Below the pieces are notes generated by a model. That model made no database searches, was not told the origin of the DNA, and saw nothing but the letters and a program-made list of their open reading frames with translations. This document shows positions 1 to 12,261 of a stretch of 64,000 nucleotides of DNA, piece after piece; positions within the stretch are counted from its first letter, which is position 1, and the number at the start of each line of letters is the position of its first letter. The stretch spans positions 48,670,001 to 48,734,000 of the forward strand of contig OZ024743.1 of NCBI GenBank assembly GCA_964016885.1, read 5' to 3'. The position numbers were made by a program, and so were the translations under genes. The DNA comes from Eledone cirrhosa (taxonomy: Eukaryota).

Positions 1-46
1 ATAATAACACTAGCAATATTAATACTAGGAATAACAATAACATTAA

Positions 47-559
47 TCTAAGCACTATCAAAGTACTAGCAATGTTAATGTCAATTGTCCAATTTATAGT
101 AATAACAATAAATCGAAATGTAATTGTAGAAATAGATCAAATTGCCCTCTGCAAAATAATTGTCTGGATAGCAATCTGGTCTATAAATGCACCGTAAAAG
201 CAAATAACATCACATACAACTATATTGGTGCAACTTCATCGACATTTAAATTAAGATTTTCGAATCACAAATGTTCTTTTTCGAATCCAAATAGGAAATC
301 TTTGACTTCTTTATCACAACTTATATGGTCATTAAAAGACAAAAATTTAAAATACTCGATTTCTTGGTCAAAGCTGTGTAATAGTCGAATCTACTTGAAT
401 TCTTCAATATCACCTAACTCCAATCTTTGTACTATGGAGACCCTATTAATAATTACTAATTATGAAAATTTAATTAACAAAAAAAGTGAATTATTCTCAA
501 ATTGCCTACATAAAGCTTCTTCTACATTCCAAGCCTCGCAAAAAGTCAGGAATAAATAA
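47..559 (+). pseudogene. GIY-YIG endonuclease domain of a Penelope-like element (C-terminal fragment)
   Basis: The stop-to-stop frame extending ORF 302..559 reads CNCRNRSNCPLQNNCLDSNLVYKCTV...YIGATSSTFKLRFSNHKCSF...TSLSQLIWSLKDKNLKYSISWS: Cys-rich linker, VY...YIG and R..NH motifs. In-frame stop at 44-46. Confidence 0.8.
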
Positions 560-769
560 GTTCTAATTTTTGACGTTTCTTATCAACTGAGTGCGTAAAA
601 TGATATTATAACAGATTATGAAACCTTATAATAATTTTTACTCATTTACGATATGATTAATGTTAGATTAAGGGTTCTATATAAATATATAAACATATAG
701 ACTGTTAACATGATCTCTTGATGAATATGCATATCATTTGATTGTGTAAGTACATATAATTTTGTCGGG

Positions 770-1870
770 ATTTTTGTATTCTTTAAAATATATAGCTTAT
801 ATGGTTAACAGTTATAAGGAACCGTAGACCATTCATTTATTTATTTGGAATATGTTGTTTTTAAGATTCAAGATGTTTGATTTATATATTTATGGTATAT
901 GTGTCGTACACGATCCTAGTCGACAAACTTTTTCCACTTAACTTGATGTAAAACTTCAATTATAACATTATTAACAATAATTGTATTTATTATTTATTAT
1001 ATGTATATAAATCACTAATATCGTCTTAAGTTTTAAACAGAATACTCTGTATGTATTTAGACAAATGTGTATATCTAGTTTAATATTTATAAGTGCCTTA
1101 GATACTTAAGGACATTCTAGTGTTATAATTGTTAAATATTTTCTAAATTATATAATGATTATTTTTTTAATTTAATTTTTTTAGATATAATTAAATTTGG
1201 GTTACTTTCGGGTTGATGAAAATCTTAAGTCTTTTCTTTCTCATGTTTGCAGACACTTTAAATATGATATTATACTATAATATAGATCCTTAAAAATTTT
1301 CTTGTATTTTTAAATTATATAGCTTAGATATTTGACACTTATAGGATCGCAAACCATTTATTTATTTATTTTGAATCTGTGTCTTATCTTTTATGATTCA
1401 CAAAGTTTGATTTGTATATTTATAGTATATAAGTATTACATGATCCTAATATAATAATTGACGTAAAACCTTACTTTTAACAATATTAATAGTAACTTAT
1501 TTATTATATAATATTATATTATATATAACTGACTAATATCGTCTTAAACTTTAAACAATATACTCTTTGTATAAATTTAGACAAATGTGTATATCTAGTT
1601 TAATAATATCCTTTTTAAGTATAATTATAAGGCCTTTGGATACTTTAGGGCATTATAATTGTTAATTTAAAATTTTTAAAGTTATAATTGTAATTACTTT
1701 CTAAATTATATAATGATTATTTTTTAATATAAAATCTCTTTAATATAAATTTTTTTAATATAATCCAATATGGATTACCTTCGGGATGGAGAAAATATTA
1801 AGTTTCTTCTTTCTCATGTTTGCAAATACTTTAAATATGATATTATACTATAATATAAAAACTTATAAAT
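770..1870. repeat. Diverged tandem duplication of about 530-570 bp
   Basis: Blocks such as tttagacaaatgtgtatatctagtttaata and tttctcatgtttgca occur once in about 770-1295 and again in about 1300-1870. Confidence 0.8.
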
Positions 1871-2579
1871 TTTTATAGCCCGAAATATTATACCTTTAGA
1901 TTAATTCACTATTTTGAGCTAACATAAATGATTCGAAATTTAACGGTCATCCAAATACGTTTGGATATATATAATTGATTAATAGTTTATTTCTAATTAA
2001 CTTAAGGACTAGAAATTAAACCCTCATATAACTACACTCAGATATATTTGATATTTTGATTGATTATTTCTAGATAATTCAACGATTCGAAATTATTCAT
2101 TCACAAAGCTATGCCCAAATGTATATTTATTTATTTATTTATTTATATATTTTTGCATCATCTAATTATACGCTATTTATCCACAACAATACAAATCTCC
2201 CTCCCTATGCTTTATACTATAAAAATTATTCTTCCTTGTCTCTCTATCCTTAATCAATTCTCTTTTGCTTTAGTGCATACGATATTTCTATACTTCTAGT
2301 AACTATCTTTTTCCTCATCTGTTTCTCTCTCTGTCTTTCTTCTTTCTTCAATAATTTAAATTATTTGAATCTCTAACAGTTATGTAAATTTCTATTATAT
2401 TAGTAGTTGGTTATTACTACGTATTTTTATAAGTTTTCTCACACGCACCCTCTGTATTATATGTAATTTTTTCATGTCTCAATCTTAAGGTATATAAATA
2501 TTGAGTTTTGTCATATCTTATTCACTGTCATGACTGAATCTTAACCATCTACTTAGTCAGGGTATGTCATGCTTCATCT

Positions 2580-2646
2580 TATTTTATCTGATGAGGACGT
2601 ACTGTTGAAGATAGCTCAGTACCTCTGAAATATGTATAATAAAATA
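2580..2646 (+). ncRNA. Type I hammerhead ribozyme motif
   Basis: TATTTTAT-CTGATGA-stem II (GTACTG/CAGTAC)-GAAA-TATGTA-TA-ATAAAATA. Stem I is 8 bp and perfect; predicted AUA cleavage triplet. Confidence 0.75.
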
Positions 2647-2805
2647 TACTTGATCACACGAATGTCTATTTTTGTTAATATTTTGAATTAATATTAATAA
2701 CTCCGGAAAACCATTCCTGTGGAGTGCTTCCAATCTATTGTAAAACTTTATTCTTTGATTTATTCATTGAACCTTGTTTAACCTTTAAATGTATATGTAT
2801 ATGTA

Positions 2806-4009
2806 TGTTTGTAAGAAAGAAAATAAGGCGGCGGTCCCCTCCGGGAAGTGGCCATGCGCAGAGTGTAGGAAAGGCGTAGGTAGAAATTCCATTTTGTGTC
2901 CCAAATGCAAAGTTTGGGTGCATAAAAGATGTAGTGGGATCACAGGTAAGCTAACTAAGAACATAGATTTTACATGTGGCCGGTGTTCTGGGGCAATAAG
3001 TAGCAGCAAGTGCCCACAAAATACTAGCTCTTTCAACTGCACAGAGGGTTCTATAGAAATAGTGGACAGCTTCCGTTACCTGGGTGACAAAATCAGCAGT
3101 GGGGGAGGGTGCTCTGAAAGTACAGTAGCTAGAGTCAGAACTGGGTGGAAAAAGTTCAGAGAGCTTATACCACTATTAGCCGCTAAAGGGTTCTCCCTAA
3201 AAATGAAAGGCAGGCTGTACGATGCCTGCATACGAACAGCAATGTTGCATGGCAGTGAGACCTGGGCATTGTGTGCAGAGGATATACGCAGACTAGAGAG
3301 AAACGAAGCTTGCATGCTCCGCTGGATGTGTAATAGTAATATACGTGAACGACAAAGCATAAACGAACTAAGGAAAAAATTAGAAATAAGAGAGATCAGA
3401 TGTTGTTTACTAGAGAGAAGGCTACGTTGGTATGGTCACGTGATGCGCATGAAGGACGATAGCTGTATAACAAAGTGCAGGGCAATAAAGATAGACGGTA
3501 GCCACGGAATAGGCAGACCCAGAAAAACCTGGGACGAGCTGATAAACTCCGACCTCACACACTTACACCTCACCAAGACAATGTCACTGGACCGAGACCT
3601 TTGGCGGTACTCAGTAATAGAGAAGACCCGCCTTACCTAAATACAAAGTAAAACCTACTACAGTCAGTAGGCATCTCTAACAAAATACCCCCCCCCCCCC
3701 CCTCCACACCGCCCCCTTCTATGTAAAGTTATGTTGGTGCCGCACCATCCAGGCCGAAACAAATGAGATCATGTAGGTGTCACGACAAAAAAACACACAG
3801 TCCACGCTGTAATGTGGCTGTGTAGGCAACACGGTAAAAACCTCCCAGACCCACACTGTAAATGTGGTTGGTGTTAGGAAGGGCATCCAACTGTAGAAAA
3901 CCTGCCAGACAGTCCTATGCGAGCAAGACAATCACTCTTGCCTCAAGTGGGAAAACCCCCGTCCAAACCCATGCAAGCGTGGAACACGGACGTTAAACGT
4001 TGATGATGA

Positions 4010-4012
<3 letters not shown>
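2806..4012 (+). mobile_element. 5'-truncated RTE-clade LINE (PHD-like finger, C-terminal region, 3' UTR, (GAT)n tail)
   Basis: ORF 2789..3640 is near-identical to the C-terminal part of 14100..15434. GAT tail followed by (TA)n. Confidence 0.92.
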
Positions 4013-4042
<30 letters not shown>

Positions 4043-4048
4043 ACTACT

Positions 4049-4830
4049 TGGCAGTGAGACCTGGGCATTGTGTGCAGAGGATATACGCAGACTGGAGAGG
4101 AACGAAGCTTGCATGCTCTGCTGGATGTGTAATAGTAATATACGTGAACGGCAAAGCATAAACGAACTAAGGGAAAAATTAGAAACAAGAGGGATCAGAT
4201 GTTGTTTACTCGAGAGAAGACTACGTTGGTATGGTCACATGATGCGCATGAAAGACGACAGCTGTATAAAGAAGTGCAGGGCAATAAAGATAGACGGTAG
4301 CCACGGAATAGGCAGACCCAGAAAAACCTGGGACGACTTGATAAATTCCGACGTCACACACTTACACCTCTCCAAGACAATGTCACTGGACCGAGATCTT
4401 TGGCGCTACACAGTAATACAGAAGACCCGCCTTACCTAAGTACAAAGTGAAACCTACTACAGTCAGTAGGCACCTCTAACAAAAATACACCCCCGTCCCA
4501 CTACCCCCACCCCATCCACACCACCCCTTTCAATGTAAAGTTATGTTGGTACCACAATATCCAGTCCGAAACAAATGAGGTTGTGTAGGTGTCACGACAA
4601 AAAAACACACGGTCCACGCTGTAATGTGGCCGTGTAGGTAACACGGTAAAAACCTCCCAGTCCACACTGTAAACGTGGTTGGTGTTAGGAAGGGCATCCA
4701 GCCGTAGAAAACCCGCCAGACAGTCCTATGCGAGCAAGACAACCACTCTTGCCTCAAGTTGGAAAACTCCCGTCCAAACCCATGCAAACGTGGAAGATGG
4801 ACGTTAAACGATGATGATGATGATGATGAT
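4049..4830 (+). mobile_element. Second, shorter 5'-truncated RTE LINE copy
   Basis: ORF 4068..4439 (RLRWYGH...GRPRKTW) with the same 3' UTR and (GAT)n tail. Confidence 0.92.
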
Positions 4831-4981
4831 ATATATATTTAGGTTTGTTGGTTTACCACTGGATATAACTGGTCATTTTGTATGGTCAACCTTGATGTAA
4901 TATTAGGGAGAGTACTCAACGTAATGCAACTCACCCGTCTTTATTTGTGTAGTTGGTGGTGCGAGTACGGAGTTAATTATA

Positions 4982-5338
4982 ATAAAATAACAGGAGGCTG
5001 GACTGGTGTACTTCCTTGAAAGGTTTATTATACCATGATCATTTCAATGACCGGGTTCAGTATGAATCCGGTGACATCATCAGGTATTTGAAATATAACA
5101 AAGGAATACAATAGACAAAATCCAATGGGACTGAAAAATCAGAGACATGAAGGTGACCGAACATACATCATCTTCTACCCTGGTTTTCAGCCCATTGGAT
5201 TTTGTCTATTGTATTCCTTTGTTATATTTCAAATACCTGATGATGTCACCGGATTCATACTGAACCCGGTCATTGAAATGATCATGGTATAATAAACCTT
5301 TCAAGGAAGTACACCAGTCCAGCCTCCTATTATTTTAT
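4982..5338. repeat. Fold-back inverted repeat (148-bp arms) with a hammerhead-like core in each arm
   Basis: 4982-5129 is the reverse complement of 5191-5338 (one mismatch seen). The arm contains ATAC-CTGATGA-...ACCGGATTCA TAC TGAACCCGGT...-GAAA-TGATCA-TG-GTAT at 5233-5290. Confidence 0.9.
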
Positions 5339-5385
5339 AATATATTACATATATGTATATATATAAAGAGAGAGAGGGGAGAGGA

Positions 5386-5432
5386 GAAAGTGCATAGAAA
5401 CATGCATCATATGCATGTTTCTATGCACTTTC
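5386..5432. repeat. Perfect 22-bp hairpin
   Basis: GAAAGTGCATAGAAACATGCAT-cat-ATGCATGTTTCTATGCACTTTC. Confidence 0.9.
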
Positions 5433-6265
5433 CAAATATTTATGCACAGTTTATTTTCATGTGTGAGTGCGTATACATATGTTTATGTGTGTGGGTGTGT
5501 GCATGCACACACACACATGTGTGCGTATGTGCATGTTTGTGTGTGTGTATGAGTAGGACTGACTGACTGCGCGTGTATATGAATGTATGTATGTACATGG
5601 GTGAACGCAAATATGCAAGCTCTATGTGTGTGTGGGGGGGGGGGTGTATGACTGCACAGTTAAGTGTGCGATTAATGGCTCGGAATGTCTGTATATGTGT
5701 GAGCACACATGCGTGTGGGTGTATGTGTGTAGGGAACGGGCAAGTCATGGAAGGGCAGACAGTTCATAACACCTCTACTACACATAGCAGTAATTTCTAG
5801 TGACGGGATTAGGGTGAGTGACAGCTCACGCCTGAATGGAAATGGTCAGTGGGCAGATTTATATGGTTAAACACAAAGATGACATCATGAACTATCAACC
5901 AATCGGAGTGCTGCGCAAACAGGATGATGGCAATGATAGAAACTCGAAGGGTAGAAGTCCAGCAGAAAGAGGATTTGCTTCGAAATCACTAGACGTATCT
6001 GAGGAACTTGCGAATCCAGAGTCAGGTTCGATCCACAAACAGATTGCACCTCGAGCTGTTCGCCGGAGAAACAATTGTAATACGTAATAAATTGTGTTCC
6101 AATGCATCACTGATAATTCGTTTTCCATATTATTATATATATATATAAATAAATAAATACACACACGTACACAAACATACAACACACACACACACACACA
6201 TATATAGAGGCACAATTCAAGTACGTTATACATGTGGAAAAAGCAGAGAGGTAAGAAGTACTTAC

Positions 6266-6401
6266 ATAACCATAGTACCGCGAGGCATTAACACTGGCTT
6301 AAGATATTTGAAAGTTGCAAAGCTTTTGCGCATGCAATTCGGGCAGTGTTCAGAGAGTTTGTTCAGTGTCGGGCCCTTGGCAAATAGTAATTCGTAACTC
6401 T
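6266..6401 (-). other. Candidate exon of an unidentified minus-strand gene
   Basis: Acceptor ttttatttcAG (6404-6402) and donor GTAAGT (6265-6260) around non-repetitive sequence. One open frame: SYELLFAKGPTLNKLSEHCPNCMRKSFATFKYLKPVLMPRGTMV. Protein not recognised. Confidence 0.4.
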
Positions 6402-6699
6402 CTGAAATAAAAAGGTCACAGCACTTGTGTCCTCTCATGTATATATATCGTTTTATTCTCTAACTCTCATTTGTTTTTCTCCTCACCTCTCTTGCTATTG
6501 TTGTTCTCCCCTAAATATTCTCTCCTCTATCTTACTGTTCTTTACTCATTAACCTTTTTTTTTTGACACAGTCTTAGGTATTAAGAAACTTTAGGGTGAG
6601 ATGGGCAGCAGAAGGTCTTCAGAGAAAAATCCCCGTCCCACTCATGCAAGTGTTTTAACCCTTATCTCTATACACTCTAAGGAGGCCAGGGCACATGAT

Positions 6700-6830
6700 A
6701 ATGATAATGAAATTATTGTGTACAGTGCTCAGGTGCACTACAACTCATCAAAGGTGCATGTATAATACATAGAATAATGTTCAAATGTCAGGAAAATGAA
6801 CAGTGTATGAGTCATGAAATACATTCAGGT
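6700..6830 (-). mobile_element. CR1-like LINE 3'-terminal fragment
   Basis: Reverse complement of the 3' end at 36490-36610 (gagttgtagtgcacctgagcactgtacacaat...attatt). A further short piece lies at about 8830-8890. Confidence 0.8.
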
Positions 6831-7210
6831 CATGACTCTTGAGTGCTTTTCTGATGATGCCTTTAAACCATTTGGCAACTGAAGACTTCTGTGTTGTACA
6901 CCTAAGCCTTATGAAGATCGTTTCTGTCCCTCCTTGACCAGATTAAACCGGAACTCCACTACCCCTGCTATTGCCTTTAGGACTTTGGTTCTCTTCTTTC
7001 TAAAGATATTTCTAAACATAATATTTCAAATAGAAAGTGGAAAAAAAAAGAAAGAAAAGGGAAAGGAAAAAAGAAAGAGAAAAAACACACAAGCAGGTAA
7101 TACACACACTCTAGGACCACATACAACAAAAGACAGGTGGAAGGGGTGGACAAACGAACTGCTGCCAGAGCAAAAGATAACAATATCGCGAGGAGCACTG
7201 GGAAACCTCT

Positions 7211-7760
7211 CTAATAATTTTTGAGGCAAGCCAGCATGCTCACTGCGTTACCTTGGGTGATGGCGAGGCTGATGCGCTGGAACAGCCAAGCGCCCTCATG
7301 AGCATCACCAGTTACCTCGGTTAGGCGAGTCGCCAATGAAGACACGAACCTAGCAGTTAGCTGTTCGACTCCCAAACATCTCCAACGCCACAGGCTGGAA
7401 AATGCAGTTAGTCGACAGATCACAGTATTTCAGGATTTTGTTCCATTCGGCTGCGGAAGCTGTAGCTCTCGCCCTAACTCCAGTATCCAGGATGTGGGAA
7501 GAAGCAAAAGAGTCACTAACTGTGACGTCCCAGATAAGACACCTGCCTCTTAAACAGGGTCACGGGGTAAGACCGTCAGGTCTTTTCCCATCAATTCTGG
7601 ACAACTCAGACGGTTTCAAAATTGAGGGGATGTTTGCCTGGGCCAAAGCTCTCTTGATGAGGTTTAGCTCAGTGTGATTAAGAGTTGTTTCATGAAACTA
7701 TAGTCAGATCTGCCTACAAAAACTCTTGCTTCAACCTTTGTGGCAAGGTCTTTGGCCTGG
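7211..7760 (-). pseudogene. Restriction-like endonuclease (RLE) C-terminal domain of a CRE/R2-superfamily non-LTR retrotransposon, frameshifted
   Basis: Minus-strand translation gives LIKRALAQANIPSILKPSELSRIDGKRPDGLTP...CLIWDVTVSDSFASSH...AEWNKILKY, then TGDAHEGAWLFQRISLAITQGNA. This is the KRPDG...WD(V/A)T...K..KY...QRISLAI.RGNA signature. Confidence 0.8.
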
Positions 7761-8433
7761 AAGTCATGTTCTCACGAGCTGCTGGTTACACTGGTATATA
7801 TTTTCAGTCTTGTACCGTCAGTTACTCTCTCACAGTGTTTTTTGCTCCTTTATTATTAACTTGTTTCTATTTTACTGTTTTCTCTACTTTCTCACCTCCC
7901 CATCTCATACACATATGAACCAACAAGGAGCCCCTATTTGTTATCCGACCTGCTAAAAATAGTAGTCATATCTCTCTAAAATCCTCACCCTATTGTCAAA
8001 AAAGGAAGGACACGTTGAATAATATAATATAACTACACGAAATCTTTATTACATGCAGCTTTTTTCACAGGCTGACATTTTTTGAGATCAAATCCTAATG
8101 AATTAGTATATAATTTAAATTAAATATTTTTTTATTTCAATTCTTTTTTTAAAAACACTTTAACTGATTACGTCATTGAAATACAGCCTAGTTGGAGCAC
8201 CACCTTTAACAGTTTTACTAAACTACGTCAACTTAAGTACTTAGATTAATACTTAAATCAGTGATTATAGTTTATTGAATTATTTAAGTTTTACCAGAGT
8301 TACGTCCAATGAAAGAGTTACCTCCCTCTGCAAATGTCTACACAATATTATTTTAAATAATTGTTTCTACTTTTGGCACAAGGTCAGCAAAATACTCAGT
8401 GTATTACTGGTACAATATTATTTTAAATAATAA

Positions 8434-8815
8434 AGGGTGGATTGGTAGAAGGTTGGACATGCTTTCCAGCATAGTTACGTCCCTTTACAATCTGAGTTCA
8501 AATCCCGCCAAGGTTGACTTTGCCTTTCATCCTTACGAGGTCGATAAAATAAAGTACCAGTAATGTACTGGTTAATTGCTGGCCTTGTGCCGAAAGTAGA
8601 AACAATTATTTAAAATAATAAAGGGCGGTGGATTGGCAGTATTGGTAGAGGGTCGGATGCCATGCTTTGCAGCAAAGAGTTACGTCCCTTTATGGTCTGA
8701 GTTCAAATCCCGCTGAGGTTAACTTTGCCTTTCATCCTTACGGGGTCGATAAAATAAAGCACCAGTAATACACTGGGATAATTGCTGGCCTTGTGCCAAA
8801 TGTAGAAACAATTAT
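8434..8815 (+). mobile_element. Two tandem copies of a ~190-bp tRNA-derived SINE
   Basis: A box TGGCAGTATTGG, B box GAGTTCAAATCC, central ttgcctttcatccttacggggtcgataaaataaag, tail ggccttgtgccaaa..tagaaacaattatt. More than 10 copies in the window. Confidence 0.85.
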
Positions 8816-9086
8816 TTAAAATAATAAAATAATAATGAAATGATTGTGTAAAGTGCTCAGGTGCACTACAACTCGTCAAAGGTGCATGTCTTGATACCTC
8901 GAATCACACATGTATGTATTTGTACAACGTTTTTAGAAATTTCAGTTTTTATTTTTATTTTTTTTTAGCTTACTCCTCCTCCCATAACTTTTCCATTTTT
9001 GACATTTTTTTTTCAATAATTGTTTCCACATATTTTACCCTTTTGTTTCTATATTTCTGAGAACCCCGCCCCCCTGCCTATTAAGA

Positions 9087-9534
9087 CTAGCAGAAAAACC
9101 ACCCTTCGGGTGGTGTGTATATTGATATACGCAGGTATATATACATGTAGATATGATACATCAAATAAAATCGTAATTGACAATATTGAATGAAGACGTT
9201 GTTACAGTCTTATGTAATCAGTAAAGTAATCCATGATATATTAAAAAAAGACGATATTATATATAAACGGCATTAGGAGAAAATTAGTGACGGAAATATA
9301 AGAATGTTTATTTAAGCGATCGCTAACCGGAAGTGTTGACATTTGAAAATTTTAAAGAAGTGAATCTTTAAATAAACAATGAAATATATTTAATCAACAG
9401 CTACGCAATTTAGTAGATAAATTATGTAATATTCATTCATTATTTATTCAAAGTAATCCAACTTATTTTACTAATGGGATAACAAATTATAAACCGTAGC
9501 CAGTCTTGCACTCCTTACTTTATTATAGTTTAGA
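9087..9534 (-). mobile_element. Non-autonomous Helitron-like element
   Basis: Minus strand starts A|TCTAAACTATAATAAAG and ends with hairpin ACCACCC-GAA-GGGTGGT followed by CTAG|T. No target-site duplication; inserted between A and T. Confidence 0.7.
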
Positions 9535-9718
9535 TTGTGTTTAATAAAGATTCTTTCTTACATTAAAAAATTATGGTGGAAGTTTTTTTAGATAACTATA
9601 AACACTTTAAAGTAAGTAATTTTGTATTATATGACTGAGAGCAGTTTCAGGTAGTTTCATATTAAAAGGGTTAATTAAACATTACAGCTTCTGCAAAGAC
9701 AAGTTCTCAAAATCTCAC

Positions 9719-9982
9719 CTACCAATCCCGTTCGCCTGGGGTTATTTGATTTATTTTATTTTTTATTTCATTTTTCAAAAAACTTCTTGAAGTGAATCAG
9801 GAGTATCCTAGTGAAGGCACGAGACCAGAAAGTGAGAAATAGAGACCATTCTAATAGCAATAGAAATCACAGGAGGAGGAAACAGCACTTGCGTGGGCCT
9901 GAGGCATGAGTGTGTCAGTGAACGACTTTATGCCAATCAATGAAGAATTTTGAGGGATTTGCTAAGATTATTATTTTCATTC
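9719..9982 (-). other. Candidate non-coding (5' UTR-like) exon
   Basis: Acceptor gtttctgtctcAG (9985-9983) and donor AG|GTGAGA (9718). Unique sequence with only short ORFs. Confidence 0.3.
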
Positions 9983-10373
9983 CTGAGACAGAAACTTAAC
10001 ATATGGTTCTTATATAAAGTTATGTTGGAAAAATGTTTTTTAAATGTGAATCCTTTAAAATGAGTGATTTTGTTTCATAAAACCAGAGCCACTTTTAGCT
10101 GGATTCATACTGAAAGCATTAAGGAAAGTTCTATTCATTTAAATCAATTGCAGTACTTGATTGATACTTAATTTCTTGCGACCCTGGAGAGAATTCAAAG
10201 TTGCTCTTGGTAGTATTTGGACTTAAAATGTAAGGGCTGTAATTAATAGTATTTGACTGATGCTGCCAATTCTCAATGTAATAATTAAAAATGTTGCCAA
10301 CCATTAAAACCGATGCTCTAAAGACTCTGCCAATTCACCTCATTATATGTGTGTGTGTCTACACACATATACG

Positions 10374-10407
<34 letters not shown>

Positions 10408-10781
10408 CTCTGTGAAGTGGTTTGGGATAGGAAGGATATCCAGCTGTAGAAACTATGCCAAAAAACGGTTGAAAGGACTCTTCAGTTCTGTCAAAGACCC
10501 AATGTGGGAATACGGGAACATATGCAAGCATGATGTAGCTACCACAGCCTTTGGCAGGTCAGTAGCTCTGATTAACTACTGACTTGGACTGTCATGATCT
10601 GTCCAACAATTGCTAGTAGGAAAAACAGATATTAAATGATGATGATGGTGAAGTGTCACACACATGTATATACACAAACACACAGGAACTCACACACATA
10701 GACACACACTCGTACACGTACACACACGCATGGTGTATCCAATTGAAACACATCTTCAAATATATCCTATTTCTCATTCTT

Positions 10782-10817
10782 TCTTCTGATGAAGGACTAG
10801 CATCCGAAACGTTAAGA
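10782..10817 (+). ncRNA. Minimal hammerhead ribozyme motif (Penelope-type)
   Basis: TCTT-CTGATGA-aGGA ctagca TCC-GAAA-CG-TT-AAGA, with palindromic AACGTT stem III. The adjacent 10830-10900 recurs inverted at about 11722-11790. Confidence 0.65.
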
Positions 10818-10979
10818 CCCTCTTCCTGCTATATCAAGTGTTAACCTAATATTTTCCTTCCATATACTGTACCGATTGTGTTGTTATTTTTACATATATA
10901 TATATATATATAAGTTTATCCCGGGTTCAATCGGGGGTAACACAGTAAGTAAGGTACTCAATACAAAGCAGAGTATAAA

Positions 10980-11108
10980 TATTTAATATAGAAAGGCTTC
11001 TACAAGACTAGAACTGTTTCATTCGGGAGAAATCTTCAGGAAGGCTTCCTAATGATTTCTCCCGAATGAAACAGTTCTAGTCTTGTAGAAGCCTTTCTAT
11101 ATTAAATA
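10980..11108. repeat. Fold-back palindrome (55-bp perfect arms) with degenerate hammerhead-like cores
   Basis: 10980-11034 pairs with 11054-11108. Minus strand reads CTGAAGA...GAAACAGTTCTAGTC; plus strand reads CTAATGA...GAAACAGTTCTAGTC. Confidence 0.85.
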
Positions 11109-11126
11109 TATATATTTATATATATA

Positions 11127-11712
11127 CTAGCTAAAGTACCTGCCCTTTGGATGGTTCAAGTAGCTTTCGATGTAGCTCATTAAACTAAACAAAGTAAATT
11201 TGAATACATAGAAGAAAAACGTACTTTATGTAAGCATGAAAACCTTAGGCACTATTCCCGTGAAATAATTAATATGTGAGCTCGGTGTCATCCGTTATCC
11301 CATGTAACAACAGAAATCCAGTCTAGGTATAAATTTGTTTGACAACAGTAAAACCTTTTGTTTCAAGTACAAAGAGTAAAGTAAAATCCAAATGAGTCGA
11401 ATTGTAATAATCAAAATCTAAAATAAAATTTTTTACAACATCAAAAATGAGTTCCTATTGTATTGACGAAAGATAACTCTTGTCTTACTTAATCACGAAA
11501 ATTGACACAAATAACCAAAACTTTTTTAATGTCTCCAAAGGCCCCAATATTGATTTTTTGAAAGCCTTTGTAGATCATGTACAGGTTTTGTGCAAGGAGA
11601 AGTTCTGTAAAAAATTTCAAAGAAATCGCACAATGGTTTAGAATATATGAGCCCTCATTAAAAATTGTCCACACACACACACACACACACTCACAGAAAA
11701 CTTCAGCTTTAT
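11127..11712 (-). mobile_element. Helitron-like non-autonomous element in a (TA)n tract
   Basis: Plus-strand a|ctag followed by a degenerate hairpin acctgccctttggatggt, the same architecture as 9087-9534. Other end approximate. Confidence 0.5.
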
Positions 11713-12261
11713 ATATATATATATATATGTAAAAATAACAACACAATCGGTACAGTATATGGAAGGAATATATTAGGTTAACACTTGATATTCATAAAAA
11801 TAGATTATCTCGCCCCTCAAAATCGCTATTACTCCCACTCTCTCTAACATATACGTCCCTCTCGCTCTCTCACTCCCTAATATAAATAAGAATGTTACGA
11901 AGGACAAAACCTCAGAATTTGTCAACTCTTATTAAATGGTCAGTCGATTCTACGAAAATGTAATGTATAATATAACATTTTCTTCTTGTCTCCTAAACCT
12001 TCGGTTCATTCATCCATATATCTACAATCGTTGTTTTCCTATAATTCCGTCTCACTGTTCTAAATAATCTCCATGCTTGTTCTAAATAATCTTCTCTTTG
12101 CTAACTACCCCATACCCCTCCCTCCCGCCCCAACTCTCCACCTTTACTATTTGGACCAATCACAAGTCAACGGCCTATGCTATCACTTCTGGCTGCTTTT
12201 CGATATGATGGATGGACTAAGGAATTTCTGGAGAGTCTGAAGAATCTGGACACTCGATGAC

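Larger units (their letters stand above)
1..2730 (+). mobile_element. 3' part of a Penelope-like retroelement (GIY-YIG domain, long AT-rich 3' region, hammerhead-bearing pseudo-LTR)
   Basis: GIY-YIG-type coding stretch at 47-559 and a hammerhead core at 2580-2646. Right boundary approximate. Confidence 0.75.

Noticed and set aside
5836-6233. Overlapping 83-aa (+) and 112-aa (-) ORFs in a CpG-containing island
   Set aside because: No recognisable homology or convincing splice signals, so no call can be supported.
8621-8815. tRNA genes at A/B-box motifs
   Set aside because: No cloverleaf; the boxes continue into a multi-copy SINE body.
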